Origin: Haliotis rufescens
Taxonomy: Eukaryota
Assembly (NCBI RefSeq): GCF_023055435.1
Contig: NW_025963957.1
Span: 2,790,001-2,854,000, forward strand
Reading direction: 5' to 3'
Length of the DNA stretch: 64,000 bases
Position numbers and translations under genes: made by a program. The notes under the pieces were generated by a model, which was given only the letters and a program-made list of their open reading frames with translations, was not told the origin of the DNA and made no database searches. Shown piece by piece: positions 13,465 through 25,901 of this stretch (position 1 is its first letter; each line of letters begins with the position of its first letter).

Positions 13465-14532
13465 CTCAATACATAATACCATATCAGAGAAGCATATGTT
13501 CAACATGAGATACTGGATCTCTTTATCTGTGAGATTAATGGTGTATTGATGAATCAAATCACATCAAATCGTTTTATTCAATATTCTGGTGAGATGCAAG
13601 AATAAGAATGTGCTGTGTGCACTACAAAATCAACACGAATAAGAATGTGCTGTGTGCACTACACAATCAACACGAATCGAATGTGAAAGTTAATGACGTA
13701 CAATTCTAGACGTACAACTCAAAGCGAATTATTATATATTAAAATAAATGTATATACATGGTACTTATGTTTTACATGTCTAATACTGCATGTTTAATAC
13801 TTTTTCCCATATTGTTTGTAAAATGCAAAAAGATGATTTTGCTGGAATATTGCTAAAAAGCGGCGTAAAACATACTCAGTCACTCACTCACACTTACAGG
13901 GCAATTCATGTACTGTTGACATGTACACTTTGTCTAGGCATACATTTATGTAATCAAAATGTTTGAACATATTGTCTTAGAGAATGCAGTTGATTATCGA
14001 CACAAAGCTCCAAATGTCAGCTTTTCAATTCAGGAGTGAAGATTTCAGTGACAATTTTGAATAAACGCGATAAATTCTTTCCATAATCATAAGAAATCTC
14101 GGCCAAAAGCAGAGTCCGATAAGCATGTGTTTATGAATCACTATCTAATAATGATGATACCAGGTGTTTACAAATAGATAACCGTTTTCTGCCCCACCGG
14201 TGGCACTCGTCACAAACACATGCAAAGGCAAGTCAATTGTTTGCCTGAATGATACAGGAACATATGATATAAATAGTGAAAATTCATCGATTATCATTTT
14301 GTTCACTGATGCGTCAAATTTTGAAATATCCTCCACATTTCGTTTTGAAAGCTTTACTGAGGCATTGAATGTTGTAACCTTGATCAAACAACTTCTAGGA
14401 CATATTCATATGACGCTGTTTGTAATCTTGGTAGAAAAGCAAGCTCGATTGTAGCTCAAAAGTTGTGAAAACACCAGGTCTGGAGCTGCTCGACATAAGG
14501 GAAAGTTGACTTTCGGATCTCATCCAAATACC

Positions 14533-14620
14533 CTATTCCCCTGCATCACATATGCTGCAGTCAACAGGTTTTTTTATCCCACCTTGTATGCTGTGAACTC
14601 GACCAAAGGTACCAGTATGG
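14533..14620 (-). pseudogene. Duplicated 3' fragment of the PHYHIP-domain exon downstream of paralog 2
   Basis: Translates TGTFGRVHSIQGGIKKPVDCSICDAGE, a copy of the C-terminal segment. The flanking 3' sequence is also duplicated. Confidence 0.75.
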
Positions 14621-14769
14621 CGTTTATGCGCTTGTCTGATTATGAAGCAATACACCCGATGGACATTTCTAGAAAGAACCCTCGCGATTAATTGCTGCCG
14701 ATAGCTTCCGAAGGAAATCATCCAAAGATGTATCCCTAGCTTGTCTGATTATGAAGCAAAACACTCATT

Positions 14770-16274
14770 CTAAGATATATCCTCAACATTGCACATGCTG
14801 CAGCCCACAGTCTTCCCTATCCCACCTTGTGTGCTGTGACCTCGACCAAAGGTACCAGTTTTTGAGAGATCCCTGTCTGTCATGTTCACGGCCTCTGTAT
14901 ACATAACCTCCACGTGGACACGAGGACAGTCCTTTGTTCTGTATGTTGAGAATGTCTTTATCAAAAACTTGTTGGAGCACGAATCAAGCTTGAGCAGGTG
15001 CATATTACAGAAACTGTCTGCCTCTGATCCTGAACGTGTCAGGACCAAGGTCACGTAGTGAGCACGCGTGCGCGTGATTCTGCGTGGGGACCTGCGTGGT
15101 GGCTTGCAGTAGAAGTCAGCAAAGTAAAGTTTTGCTGAATCATCAAAAACCTCACTCAGTTGCACTTTCACTCTCGTGTCTCCAAAAGGCGACATATTTG
15201 GCAGACTGCCATTCTTAAGCGTCACGTTAAAGAAAAGACCCTTCAGTCTCCCATTTATTGGACAGCGTTGGTCTCCGCCATTGTCCTTCAGATAAGGTTC
15301 CATGATGTTATTGTGGTTCTGCCGAATGTCATCGAAATAGGATGACGGCTTGTTGCGAAAGAGGATAGATACATTATCAAAGCTGCCTTTACTGCAGTGG
15401 TCCTCGGCTTTGCGGAGCAGCTTTTTTAGATATTCTGAAACAGGAAATTTAAAATGAACACCATGATAACATCCGGTGCAGTACTGAAAATTAGAAACTT
15501 AAGATGAGATGACGTTTGTAATATCAAAACGTCAACGCCATAGAATAATCAGTCTCGATTCCAAAGGGCCATCCCAATGATGTTTCTAGGTTTGTCGGCA
15601 CCATACCCGTGCTCGTGGGTTTCACCGAAGTGGTAAACGTCTGAGACCTGCATCACTTCGGGCTTTCCTACCACATAAAGCTGACACGCCGTGATATAAC
15701 TGGAATACTGTTAAAAGCGGCGTTAAACCCAACTCACTCACTCCATAGGGCGTAAAAGGCAAAATAGGGATGACAATGATATGCATGTGTCAGTTGATTT
15801 GTGACTCCAGGTGTTCGCGAAGCAGGAAGATAAAGCATAAGAAGTGTGTAACATTCTTTGAAAAGCAATCCGTTCAAGCATCATTATATTTGTATTGTAA
15901 ATTATATTTAATGAATTTGTGTTGTTTAAAATGTTTTAAAAATATCTACAAATGAAATCTTTGCTTTTTGAGTAAAGAATTGTGACCTTGAGTTTTGTAG
16001 CTANNNNNNNNNNNNNNNNNNNNNNNNNNNNNNNNNNNNNNNNNNNNNNNNNNNNNNNNNNNNNNNNNNNNNNNNNNNNNNNNNNNNNNNNNNNNNNNNN
16101 NNNNNNNNNNNNNNNNNNNNNNNNNNNNNNNNNNNNNNNNNNNNNNNNNNNNNNNNNNNNNNNNNNNNNNNNNNNNNNNNNNNNNNNNNNNNNNNNNNNN
16201 NNNNNNNNNNNNNNNNNNNNNNNNNNNNNNNNNNNNNNNNNTTTCTCGACATCTATACTCCCTCCTTCAGCCAT
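14770..16274 (-). CDS. PHYHIP C-terminal-domain protein, paralog 2 (two exons, ~232 aa)
   Basis: Exon 1 16274-~16241 (MAEGGSIDVEK; the donor falls in the N-gap). Exon 2 15434-14770 (TTTCAG|AATATCTA), phase 1, open to TAG. Same motif set, plus an Arg-rich insertion after FYC. Confidence 0.85.
15578..15742 (+). mobile_element. SINE family C, 5' truncated
   Basis: 3' half of the family C consensus. Confidence 0.8.
16004..16241. other. Assembly gap (other gaps at 23107-23236, 46398-46538 and 48051-48200)
   Basis: Runs of N. Confidence 0.99.
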
Positions 16275-16426
16275 GACGGATAGGATAGTTGTTGTGCTAC
16301 TGCTTTTCCAAGCTCTTCTTCACAAAGTGAATTGAGTAGTCATGTTGGATCGATATATACCTGGATACGCTTATGTGTAAACAAGATCCCTTTGTCCCCT
16401 ACATCAATGCTGATCCTAGAACTGTT

Positions 16427-16445
16427 ACTTTCCCTTTCGATTTCG
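16427..16445 (-). promoter_or_regulatory. ISRE/IRF-type triple GAAA element, paralog 2
   Basis: Identical GAAATCGAAAGGGAAAGT. The GAS position has degenerated to TTCATGATA (16472-16480). Confidence 0.65.
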
Positions 16446-16834
16446 CATTCTAAGTATGTAGTAAGAGAACCTTCATGATAATTAGAGGTCATGAAGACCC
16501 GATTTTCATTCAAAGTTAAGATACAGCCCCCTTGTGATTTTATAGACCATTACATCTATCATAACTACGCCCCCAGTACGCCATGCTTGTCGTTAGAGCC
16601 GACGTATGAGGACTGAGTGCCTACAGGGCTTGGCTCATTGTATGTACCTAAGGCTAGGATCGTTGCTCATACTGTCCCCCACTGTTTCCACTAAAGAAGT
16701 TCGGTACATCTGATCAATCACCTGCGTGTGTTTTACGTTGCTTCCCGTTTATGCAGTCGATGTGCAGTTAATGACTTATCATAGACGTTTCCTTATGCAG
16801 TATGAAGAAAATCTTGATATTTCACTCATGAATT

Positions 16835-17003
16835 GGGGGGCGGTCGGGTAGCCTAGTGGTTAAAGCGTTCGCTCGTCACGCCGAAGACCCTGGTTCGATT
16901 CCTGACATGGGTACAATGTGTGAAGCCCATTTCTGGTGTCCCCCGCCGTGATATTGCTGGAATATTGCTAAAAGCGGCGTAAAACCATACTCACTCACTC
17001 ACT
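16835..17003 (+). mobile_element. SINE family A
   Basis: Full length, flanked by an ATGAATT target-site duplication; absent at the paralogous site near 10285. Confidence 0.9.
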
Positions 17004-17681
17004 TATGAATTGGCCGAAAATCTATGTGTGTCAACTGTTTAAGAAACCAAACGTCATTCAATTCCAACGTTTATGAACTAAAAAACACACTTACATGTCT
17101 TGCTTAGGTATAAGTTTTCTTCACTGAAGTGTTCGTATGAGTGTAATTGTGTTCGAATCCCAGATCACCACAAGATAAGTGAGTGAGTGACTTTGACTTT
17201 ACACATCCTTCGCAATAATTCCGGCAATACCATGTGGAGACATCGGAATTAGGATTTTCACGTTTAACACGTGTGGGGTCACTCGGCGTTATGGATAAAT
17301 CACCAGGCTACCACACGGCCCATAATCAATAAAGATCGTAAATGGATATGAAACATCTTACCGTGTGTGTACCCAGAACAATACCATTTTAACTCCAGCA
17401 GGTATGTATCTCTTTGGAAAGTTAATTAACCCAATGATAAAATAAAACTCAGGTACACAACAAAAAGCATTAAACTTTGCAACTCCTATACAAAACAATT
17501 GACAGATACACAAAAGACATGGTCTTTTGTCATAAACTTACTGTTTTCATTTGGTTTTACAAAAGAGTGTGAAATCTTCAAAACACCCCCTTTGTGGGTT
17601 TGGTTATACACTTATCACGGAGGTGAAGTGCCTGTGTAAAAACGTTCATATCTGTTACTGAAGAAATATACTTGACATAGG

Positions 17682-18356
17682 GGGTAGAGTTACCTTGATA
17701 CGTGGCGGATAGAGTTACCTTGATACGTGGCGGGTAGAGTTACCTTGATACGTGGCGGGTAGAGTTACCTTGATACGTGGCGGGTAGAGTTACCTTGATA
17801 CGTGGCGGGTAGAGTTACCTTGATAAGTGGCGGGTAGAGTTACCTTGATACGTGGCGGGTAGAGTTACCTTGAAACGTGGCGGGTAGAGTTACCTTGATA
17901 TGTGGCGGGTAGAGTTACCTTGATACGTGGCGGGTAGAGTTACCTTGATACGTGGCGGGTAGAGTTACCTTGATACGTGGCGGGTAGAGTTACCTTGATA
18001 AGTGGCGGGTAGAGTTACCTTGATACGTGGCGGGTAGAGTTACCTTGATACGTGGCGGGTAGAGTTACCTTGATACGTGGCGGGTAGAGTTACCTTGATA
18101 CGTGGCGGGTAGAGTTACCTTGATACGTGGCGGGTAGAGTTACCTTGATACGTGGCGGGTAGAGTTACCTTGATACGAGGCGGGTAGAGTTACCTTGATA
18201 CGTGGCGGGTAGAGTTACCTTGATACGTGGCGGGTAGAGTTACCTTGATACGTGGCGGGTAGAGTGACCTTGATACGTGGCGGGTAGAGTGACCTTGATA
18301 CGTGGCGGGTAGAGTTACCTTGATACGAGGCGGGTAGAGTTACCTTGATACGTGGC
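17682..18356. repeat. 25-bp minisatellite, ~27 copies
   Basis: Unit GGGTAGAGTTACCTTGATACGTGGC, highly homogeneous. Confidence 0.95.
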
Positions 18357-19227
18357 ATTTATCAGAAGAAAACTTCACTGCATTACACATTATATATCAT
18401 GTTCTCGAAAGTAACATACAAGTATTTGTCAATGAGTATAAACAAGTACGTTTCAGCTCTATCATTCAAGTGACTGGAGAAACGCTGACATAGAGTCCAT
18501 AACAAAGTTTGCTTTTGATTTGGATAGTTGTTGTGGTAGCAAATAATTATGTCATAACATACATGACATTTAAATGAAGCATATAGTTAACGTGAGAGAC
18601 TGGCTCTCTTTATCTGTGACATTGATGATGTATTGATGAATCAAATCAAATCAACATAGATCACCATTTATTCAATAATTAAAACGATTAAAACGATCAT
18701 AACGATCAAAACGAATGACAGCAAATAATTATGTCATAACATACATGACATATATGTGAAGCAATTTGTTAACATGAGAGACTGGCTCCCTTTATCTGTG
18801 ACATTGATGCTGTATTGATGAATCAAAACAAATCAAACCAAATCGTTTTATTCAATATTTTGGTGAGACGCAACAATGAGAACGTGCAATGTGAGCTTCA
18901 AACATCAGAATCGAATAATAAGGTTAACAATGACAATGTCAGAAGTACACTTTGAAGCAAACAATTAATTATGTATACATGTATATGGAAATAACAATAT
19001 TTTACATGGTTAATACTTAAGGCACACAAAAACTAAATAAAAGACAAGAATGGAATATTGGTAAAAACCAGACACTCAAACATTGAGAGATGTTATTCAT
19101 TGCAGTGATACAACATTTACACTTACACTGCAATTCATGAGCCAACTGTTCCAGCACACCCCAAACACCATCTTGAGTCTTCATGAGCGTTCAGCTCGTA
19201 AAATCCCAATATCGAGGTCAATAAAAC

Positions 19228-19230
<3 letters not shown>

Positions 19231-19303
<73 letters not shown>
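19231..19303. repeat. (CA)n microsatellite
   Basis: Seen directly. Confidence 0.95.
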
Positions 19304-19306
<3 letters not shown>

Positions 19307-19854
19307 TTTCTAGCTATTTAGATATTTCTATCACAGTTTAGTATTTGTAATGGGTTTGTGTGACAAAGTGGATATTGGATGTCATTTTCTGCCTCATATT
19401 TGTTGGTAAAAAGAAGACAGTGACTTGATGATTATATAGATGTTTCATGATTAATTAATTATAAAATGCAAAATGGTTCCTACGTTATTTTTTTCACATG
19501 AATCAATTTGTCTGGTTTCATTCGTTGTAGGTAAAACAGTATCTTGAAATGATTACAATCCCAGATTTCAGAAATCCACACCAACATGCATTAAACACAG
19601 TACCTTTTTAGACTAATGTTGCCACACATTTATAATCAAATCCATGAGCTAAAAAGCAACTCTACATGTGTATCTCATCTGATAGTGAAATAAAATAATA
19701 TTGTCAGTACGAAAAAAAATATATATACAGTGTGACACATTACTCTAAAGACATGTCATAGTATATACACATTATACTAATACAAGCACCTACTCGGGCG
19801 ATCTGTCATTGAATCTGCTCAAGATTATTTAATATAGTCCCATCAATCGAGGTA

Positions 19855-20954
19855 TCAATAGTAATCATCAAAATCATAGCCAATACCCATATCATCATAA
19901 TAGTCCTCAAAAGGATTGTTTGTGTATCCAAAAAGATCGTCATCGTCAAAACGAACGTCATCGTCAAAACGATCGTCATAGTCAAAAAGATCGTCATATT
20001 CCACGTGATGTACATATCTTCTGCTGGGTTGGACTCCGACATTGCAAATCCCACACCCACCAGCTTTTGGTATTCCCCCAACACTTTGCCCTCGTCCATA
20101 TATCCCTGTAGAACTGAGGATCCTGTTTGATATGTCTATATCTTCTGTATAGAACACATCAACAAACACTTTGGATCGTTTCAGTGTTGAATACCCCAGG
20201 CTTTGCTTTCGCAAGTACAAGTTGTTCATGACATTGAGTTTGATCAGGTTCTCTCTACAGAACATATCTGCTTCTGAATCAGCCTTTGTCAGAACCAAGG
20301 TAACATAATGTATTCGGTTGCGTGAAGGTTTGCAAAAGAAATCGGCAAAGTACAAATTTGATGTGCCATGAAACACCTCACTCAGCGGAACTTTAACTCT
20401 TGTGTTTCCAAATGGCGATTTATCTGGTATAACACCTCCGTGTAGTGTAACCCCAAAAAAGAGGCCGCCAAGTCTGCTATTGATTGGACAGCGTGGATCA
20501 CCTCCACTGTCTTTGAGTCTCTTTTTCATGATGCCATTGTAGTTATTGTTGATATCCTGAAAGTAGCTGTTGGGTTTATTCCGGTACAGGTAATATACAT
20601 CTTCAGATGTGCCACTCTGGCTGTGATCATTAGCTTTATCTAACAGCTTCTGAAGATATTCTGTAAAATGAATATGTAAATTATGTTTTAGTATAGATAT
20701 CATGGAAGCCATGTTAACATCGACGTAAAGTATTTCAAATTATTGTGACTCTCACAGATGAGAAATTATATCCCATTCAATACCGACTGCATATCTGTCC
20801 GCCGCATTATACAACAGAAATACAAAATATGTCAGACGAGGTAGTTTGAGCGATTCCTTTAGCACACAAAATGCTATGAAAATACTGTAATAGTCATCTT
20901 GGACATAAGTATATCCATACCTTTTCCTGCATCGGTGCTTCCTCCCACAGCCAT
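19855..20954 (-). CDS. PHYHIP C-terminal-domain protein, paralog 3, with acidic D/Y/F tail (two exons, ~279 aa)
   Basis: Exon 1 20954-20921 (MAVGGSTDAGK+G, AAG|GTATGG). Exon 2 20660-19855 (TTACAG|AATATCTT), phase 1, open reading frame. Confidence 0.87.
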
Positions 20955-21091
20955 GATTGCAATATGGTTGCCGATTCCCGTTCTGTGCATATGTTGGCTC
21001 TATTATTAGAAACAGAGTACTGTTGTGCAATAGGTCGGATTCTTTGTATTGAGATAACTGACATAATGCTCGAGCGTATACAATGACAAGG

Positions 21092-21129
21092 TTCCTTGAA
21101 TTTCTACTTTCATTTTCACTTCTATTTTC
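21092..21129 (-). promoter_or_regulatory. IRF-type GAAA array plus GAS-type site, paralog 3
   Basis: Minus strand GAAAATAGAAGTGAAAATGAAAGTAGAAA next to TTCCTTGAA (21092-21100), about 140-175 nt upstream of the ATG. Confidence 0.6.
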
Positions 21130-21834
21130 TGTGAGGTATAAGAAAGGCATTTTAGGTTGTAACCAGTGTAATGCTAGATAGTGTATGATTCCCATGCAGG
21201 AAGTATCCGAGGTAGGATCAAGACTACTTAGTGGTATGCAAGAAGTATATTATGGTATGCTAGGAGTCGGTTATTGACGTAGAAACCGTTGCATGCATGA
21301 TGTGCACAAGTCAAACCAGAGGTAACAAAAAGTCGCATATTTTCACTCATATTTTCACTAACTTACTCATTAAGTGATTGATCTGAACCAAACGCTGCTT
21401 TACTGTTTTATCCGTTTTGTGTAAGGTATCACCTATCTCTCCGATCGGTTTTCTTATCCGACTTCTTTCTATACAAAAGATGCTTTTGACACCATATATA
21501 ATGGCTGCTTACGTTTACGTGGTTCTAGCCAAAGCTACATATTCACGGGAGCGTGGCTGAATCATATCCCATGTTCCCGAAGCGAATGTCTGGTTCCCTG
21601 GATGACCTGACAAAATGTGTTCATGACCTAAAAAGCACTTATCGACTCCTTCATTTGTCTCGAAGTCGTAATCGAACATATCAAGTCTCTAATACCTTGT
21701 ACTACGACGCATGTTCTTGATTCAGACATGATTCGGTATTGAATAGGTGCAATTGTTAAATCTTTGATAACACATATATCAAATAGACACAATGCTCAAA
21801 ATATTAGTATTATATTTACTATTTACATATAAGA

Positions 21835-22915
21835 ATAAGAAATGCAGCAAAGAGGTGTTTGGTGATCCTGGCACGTCCGGGCTGGTTAGGCTCAACATCA
21901 GCTCAGGGCCCTTGCCCGTCTACACGTTGCCCAGATAGCGAATGGGACTTCTCCTAGCAAGCGCTGCCTAGTCGAACCCACCCAAAACTTTTCGGAGAAT
22001 GTGAAGACTCCCCAACACTGCAGCCTTCTGCATTACCCAGGTTGTCAGAAGAGCTGTATTCCTGGTAGCAAACCAGGGCACTCTCCCAATGTCAGTCAAC
22101 AGATTGGGAGGTACCAAACCTAAGGCACAGAGAACAATGGGGAGTCTGACAACTTGGCACTTGGGATGCAAGCGTGATATTTCGAAAGCGAGGTCTGCAT
22201 ATTTGCCATGTTTTTCCTGAATCTTGTTAATGACATTAGTGTCAAAAGGGACAAAAAATTATCAAATAGGACAAGATCAGGTTTTTTGACCTGGATACGT
22301 CTGAGGCTGTGTACGGACCTATTCCAAAGAATTTTGTATTTATCATTTTCCATGACGCCCTCTATATATTCCGGGTTGTACCATGGATAGACCTCTGTGT
22401 CAAAGCCACAAGCATGGCAAAGACGGTAATAAAATGATCGAGCCACTCCATCACGTCGCTTAAGATACTGTGTTTGTGCCAAAGCTGGGCATCCACTGAC
22501 ATTGTTGTTGACAGTCTCATTGAATTCATTGCATATTCTACATTTGATATTTACATGTTGATGCCAAATTATATGTTGACGGTTTCGAGTGGAAGTGACT
22601 GGTCTTCAGCAGGAAACAGAAAGCCTTCTGTTTTACTTTTGAGGCCAGCCGTCTCTATCCAAGCGAAGGACTCCGCATGGTTGCTGATCTTCTCAACACA
22701 CTGCATAACAACTCGAAGCAGTGGAACAGTGACACTGACATTTACTTCTTCCCACCCAAGATGAGAACCAAATTTGTTTCAAATTCGATTTTCCATATGG
22801 CCGGCGCAACAGCTATAATGAAAACCTATTCATTGTTATTGTTCGTCTTCGACATGTGTAACGTTGGCCTCCTCCCATATTACGCTAACAAACTGTGATA
22901 AACGTCATGCAAGGA
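21835..22915 (-). mobile_element. 3' fragment of a restriction-like-endonuclease non-LTR retrotransposon (R4/NeSL-type)
   Basis: YLKRRDGVAR, KILWN, KKPDLVL, KYADLAFEI, PIVLCALG and MQKAAVLGSLHILRKVL across frameshifts. Confidence 0.8.
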
Positions 22916-23799
22916 TGTCTCTGAGAGACGTTTGCAAAGTGGCATTAAACTAAACTCACTGTTTATATTTCCTTAATACTAACACGTTAAGCTTTTGTGA
23001 ACATAGACCAACACAACACCGATTAGAGAAGCCCTCTGAACATGCATTATCCCCTTTACATCATATAGTCAGATCAGTGCACCTTCCTTTTTTTCGATAA
23101 ATTGAGNNNNNNNNNNNNNNNNNNNNNNNNNNNNNNNNNNNNNNNNNNNNNNNNNNNNNNNNNNNNNNNNNNNNNNNNNNNNNNNNNNNNNNNNNNNNNN
23201 NNNNNNNNNNNNNNNNNNNNNNNNNNNNNNNNNNNNCTACAATTACTGGGGTATATATATCTAACCTCTGTCTACCTGGGCTAAACATTCACTTAAATTT
23301 GCAATGTACATATTCGTATTCTTATTCTAATGTACAAGCTATCTCTTTTAGATTCTGATGCCCAAATTAGCTGTATATCCATATCAACACTGTCTCTCCT
23401 TTCCCACCAGAGACGTATATCAGGTAGCTGATACTACTGACAAGAGCCTCACATGAGCCTCACATGACATGTTCGACGTATACGCAACGTTTCAGGAAGT
23501 GGAGCGTTCCTGATTGGGCTATTGTTGGTAACACCATATTAAGGCAGTGAGGTGAGGTGAGATGACACGTCGCGATATACTATTATATAGCGACGTCTGT
23601 GCATGTGTGTTCCACCATGCACTGCACGGAGCAGGACAAGCCCACATCGGTTTTTAATACCCCATGTCACCATTACAAGTTAACCTGAATGAATACAAAA
23701 ACATACACATGATAATGCGAATCTACAAAAGTTATAAATACAGTTTGGATTATTTATACACAGAGACCATATTCGATTAAATGGTCATTTTATAGTATG

Positions 23800-24650
23800 T
23801 AACCATTGCTAGGGGAAGGTCTCCAGACACCTAGTGGTTGATCAGATGAATTTGCATGATTGTGCCTACCATTAAAATGTTGATTGAATTTTCTTTAAAT
23901 GAAGTTGGCATTCCCAGAAACGAAGAGGACATGCTTATGAGCATTGAAACTTTTGGTTAAAGGCATTATTCATCTTTTGTTTAGAACAAATTGTGGACCC
24001 ATGTGAATTTCCCAAAAATTAGTTGGACTAATTAATAAAGTAGCTGTCGATTTGTTCTTCCAGTGCTCAACAAATTAGACAAAAATATAGCATCCATCAA
24101 GAACTCGGGATTTTATTGGACCTTTTATGAGTTCGTAATCTTAAACTGAAAAATACATTTTGTACAGACTTGCAGTTGTAATCAGCATAGTTCCAATTTG
24201 CTTAATTCAAGTGTCTCCATTCACTGGGGCGTTCAATGTTTGGTCTCCAGAAGGAAATGCGATTTTATAGGCTATTTACAAGATTAATCGAATCACATGA
24301 AAGACGAAAGGGTGAGCCATATGCTCACATCAACTCCACTTAGTCAGCTGAAACGCCAAGGATCAAGTATTGGGGTACTATTCAGATCCGGGATGCCTGT
24401 GTTGTTACAATTTGAAAATGAAAAATAATTCATGTACAGATAACTATGATGCACGTCAATAGATGCTGGCATCTTTTGTTTCCTTTTGCAGTATCTATGC
24501 TTCCTCCTTCAGCTGTACATTTACTGTCAATAAGGTCCGGGACAGAGCATACAAATCTTTAAAGATGTTTTGTCTTTTCGATGCAACAAAATGGATTTCA
24601 TACGCCAGATCATCTAAATACAACAACACCCAACCATATCTGATATAGAC
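23800..24650 (+). mobile_element. Highly degraded LINE reverse-transcriptase remnant
   Basis: Frameshifted KY-LGVLF-like thumb motif near 24363-24390 and VRDRAYKSLK near 24535. No long ORF. Confidence 0.3.
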
Positions 24651-25901
24651 ATAGTGATTTGCCAGTATCTTCTCTTCAGCCCATCAGTACAGTTGAATAT
24701 TTCCATCAGTAAACACCGCTTGAGCATTCACGGTGTCTTTATTCTTTCTATAGCATGTAATGTAATGTATTTGTACATATATTTTGTTCCAGCATATGTG
24801 TAATATGATAAAGAACGTAGAGGAAAGTAAGGGGTAAAAATTTATTTCAAATGCACGGCGCACATAAGCACAATGTAAATATAAAAACAGAAACCACACA
24901 CAATATGAAATACGAGTAGAAAGTAGTGGAATGCTTGATACTGATTGGGAAAAAGGAGGTATCCTTTTTCCTGCAGACACCTCATTTCCATGAAATCCCT
25001 TCTCACTGTGACTTCCAAGAAATGACTATGTTAAGTCCAAGCACTGCACACATACAACAGGTTGCGAAAAATTAATTATATTTCTACGGAGCATTATTTT
25101 ATCAATTCTTTTGAAAAACGATGCATTTTGTAACAATCTGGAGTTAGTCAAGAGTAAAAGTAAATAGAATTGAGCGTGCGCGAGTGTGTATGGTCTAACA
25201 CCGCCTTTAGCAATATTCAAGCAATAAGACGCCTGGGAACACTACCAATAGGCTTTACACATGCGGGATTCGAACCCGGGCCTTCAGCAAGACGCGTAAA
25301 CGCTTTAAACACAAGGGTAACCCCACCTTCCCGAAAGTGAGAGAGAAAAATTATGGTAGGACTGGAAGAATTTATAGAGAAGAAACAAATTCCAGGCCCC
25401 CTTAGAAAATCAAATGGTCGGTCACTGATGACAAGAGCAATTTGTTGGCAACATGTGCAACAACCGTATGACTGCCAACCATGGTGCCGCAAGCAAATAT
25501 TACAATTTACAGGTGGCCATTGCCATTTACACAAAATATCAGCTGTGTGTTTCTCGTCACTTTTGACTAGGTGAATGTTATTATGTATTTCATACCATAT
25601 TTGGTATGTTATTGTATATTACAACACAGCAGCCTAACAGAAGCATAAGAAACATTTCTTCATGACATGAGCATCAATAACTGCTGCCGAGTCAATAAGA
25701 CATAATTAGAAATAACATTGCATCCAGCCAGAGTTCACATCCCTGTTGTATGGATGAGTTCGTTAAACATTACATTTAACCAAAATGAGATCAGCTTTGT
25801 GTCTTACATTTAATGACAGGCTATTATCGCTGATAATTTGGTGTATGATCTGGCGTTCATGCGCTTGTCTGATCATGAAGCAAAACACCCGATTGGTATT
25901 T

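Noticed and set aside
16835-16915. tRNA genes at SINE heads
   Set aside because: A and B boxes are present, but they continue into SINE bodies with tails and TSDs; I found no convincing full cloverleaf.
17682-18356. Regular repeat arrays as CRISPR (also 37541-37860)
   Set aside because: Head-to-tail units with no unique spacers, no cas genes and a eukaryotic context.
20752-21195. 147-aa ORF upstream of paralog 3
   Set aside because: It overlaps the promoter, micro-exon and intron in another frame and has no recognisable domain.
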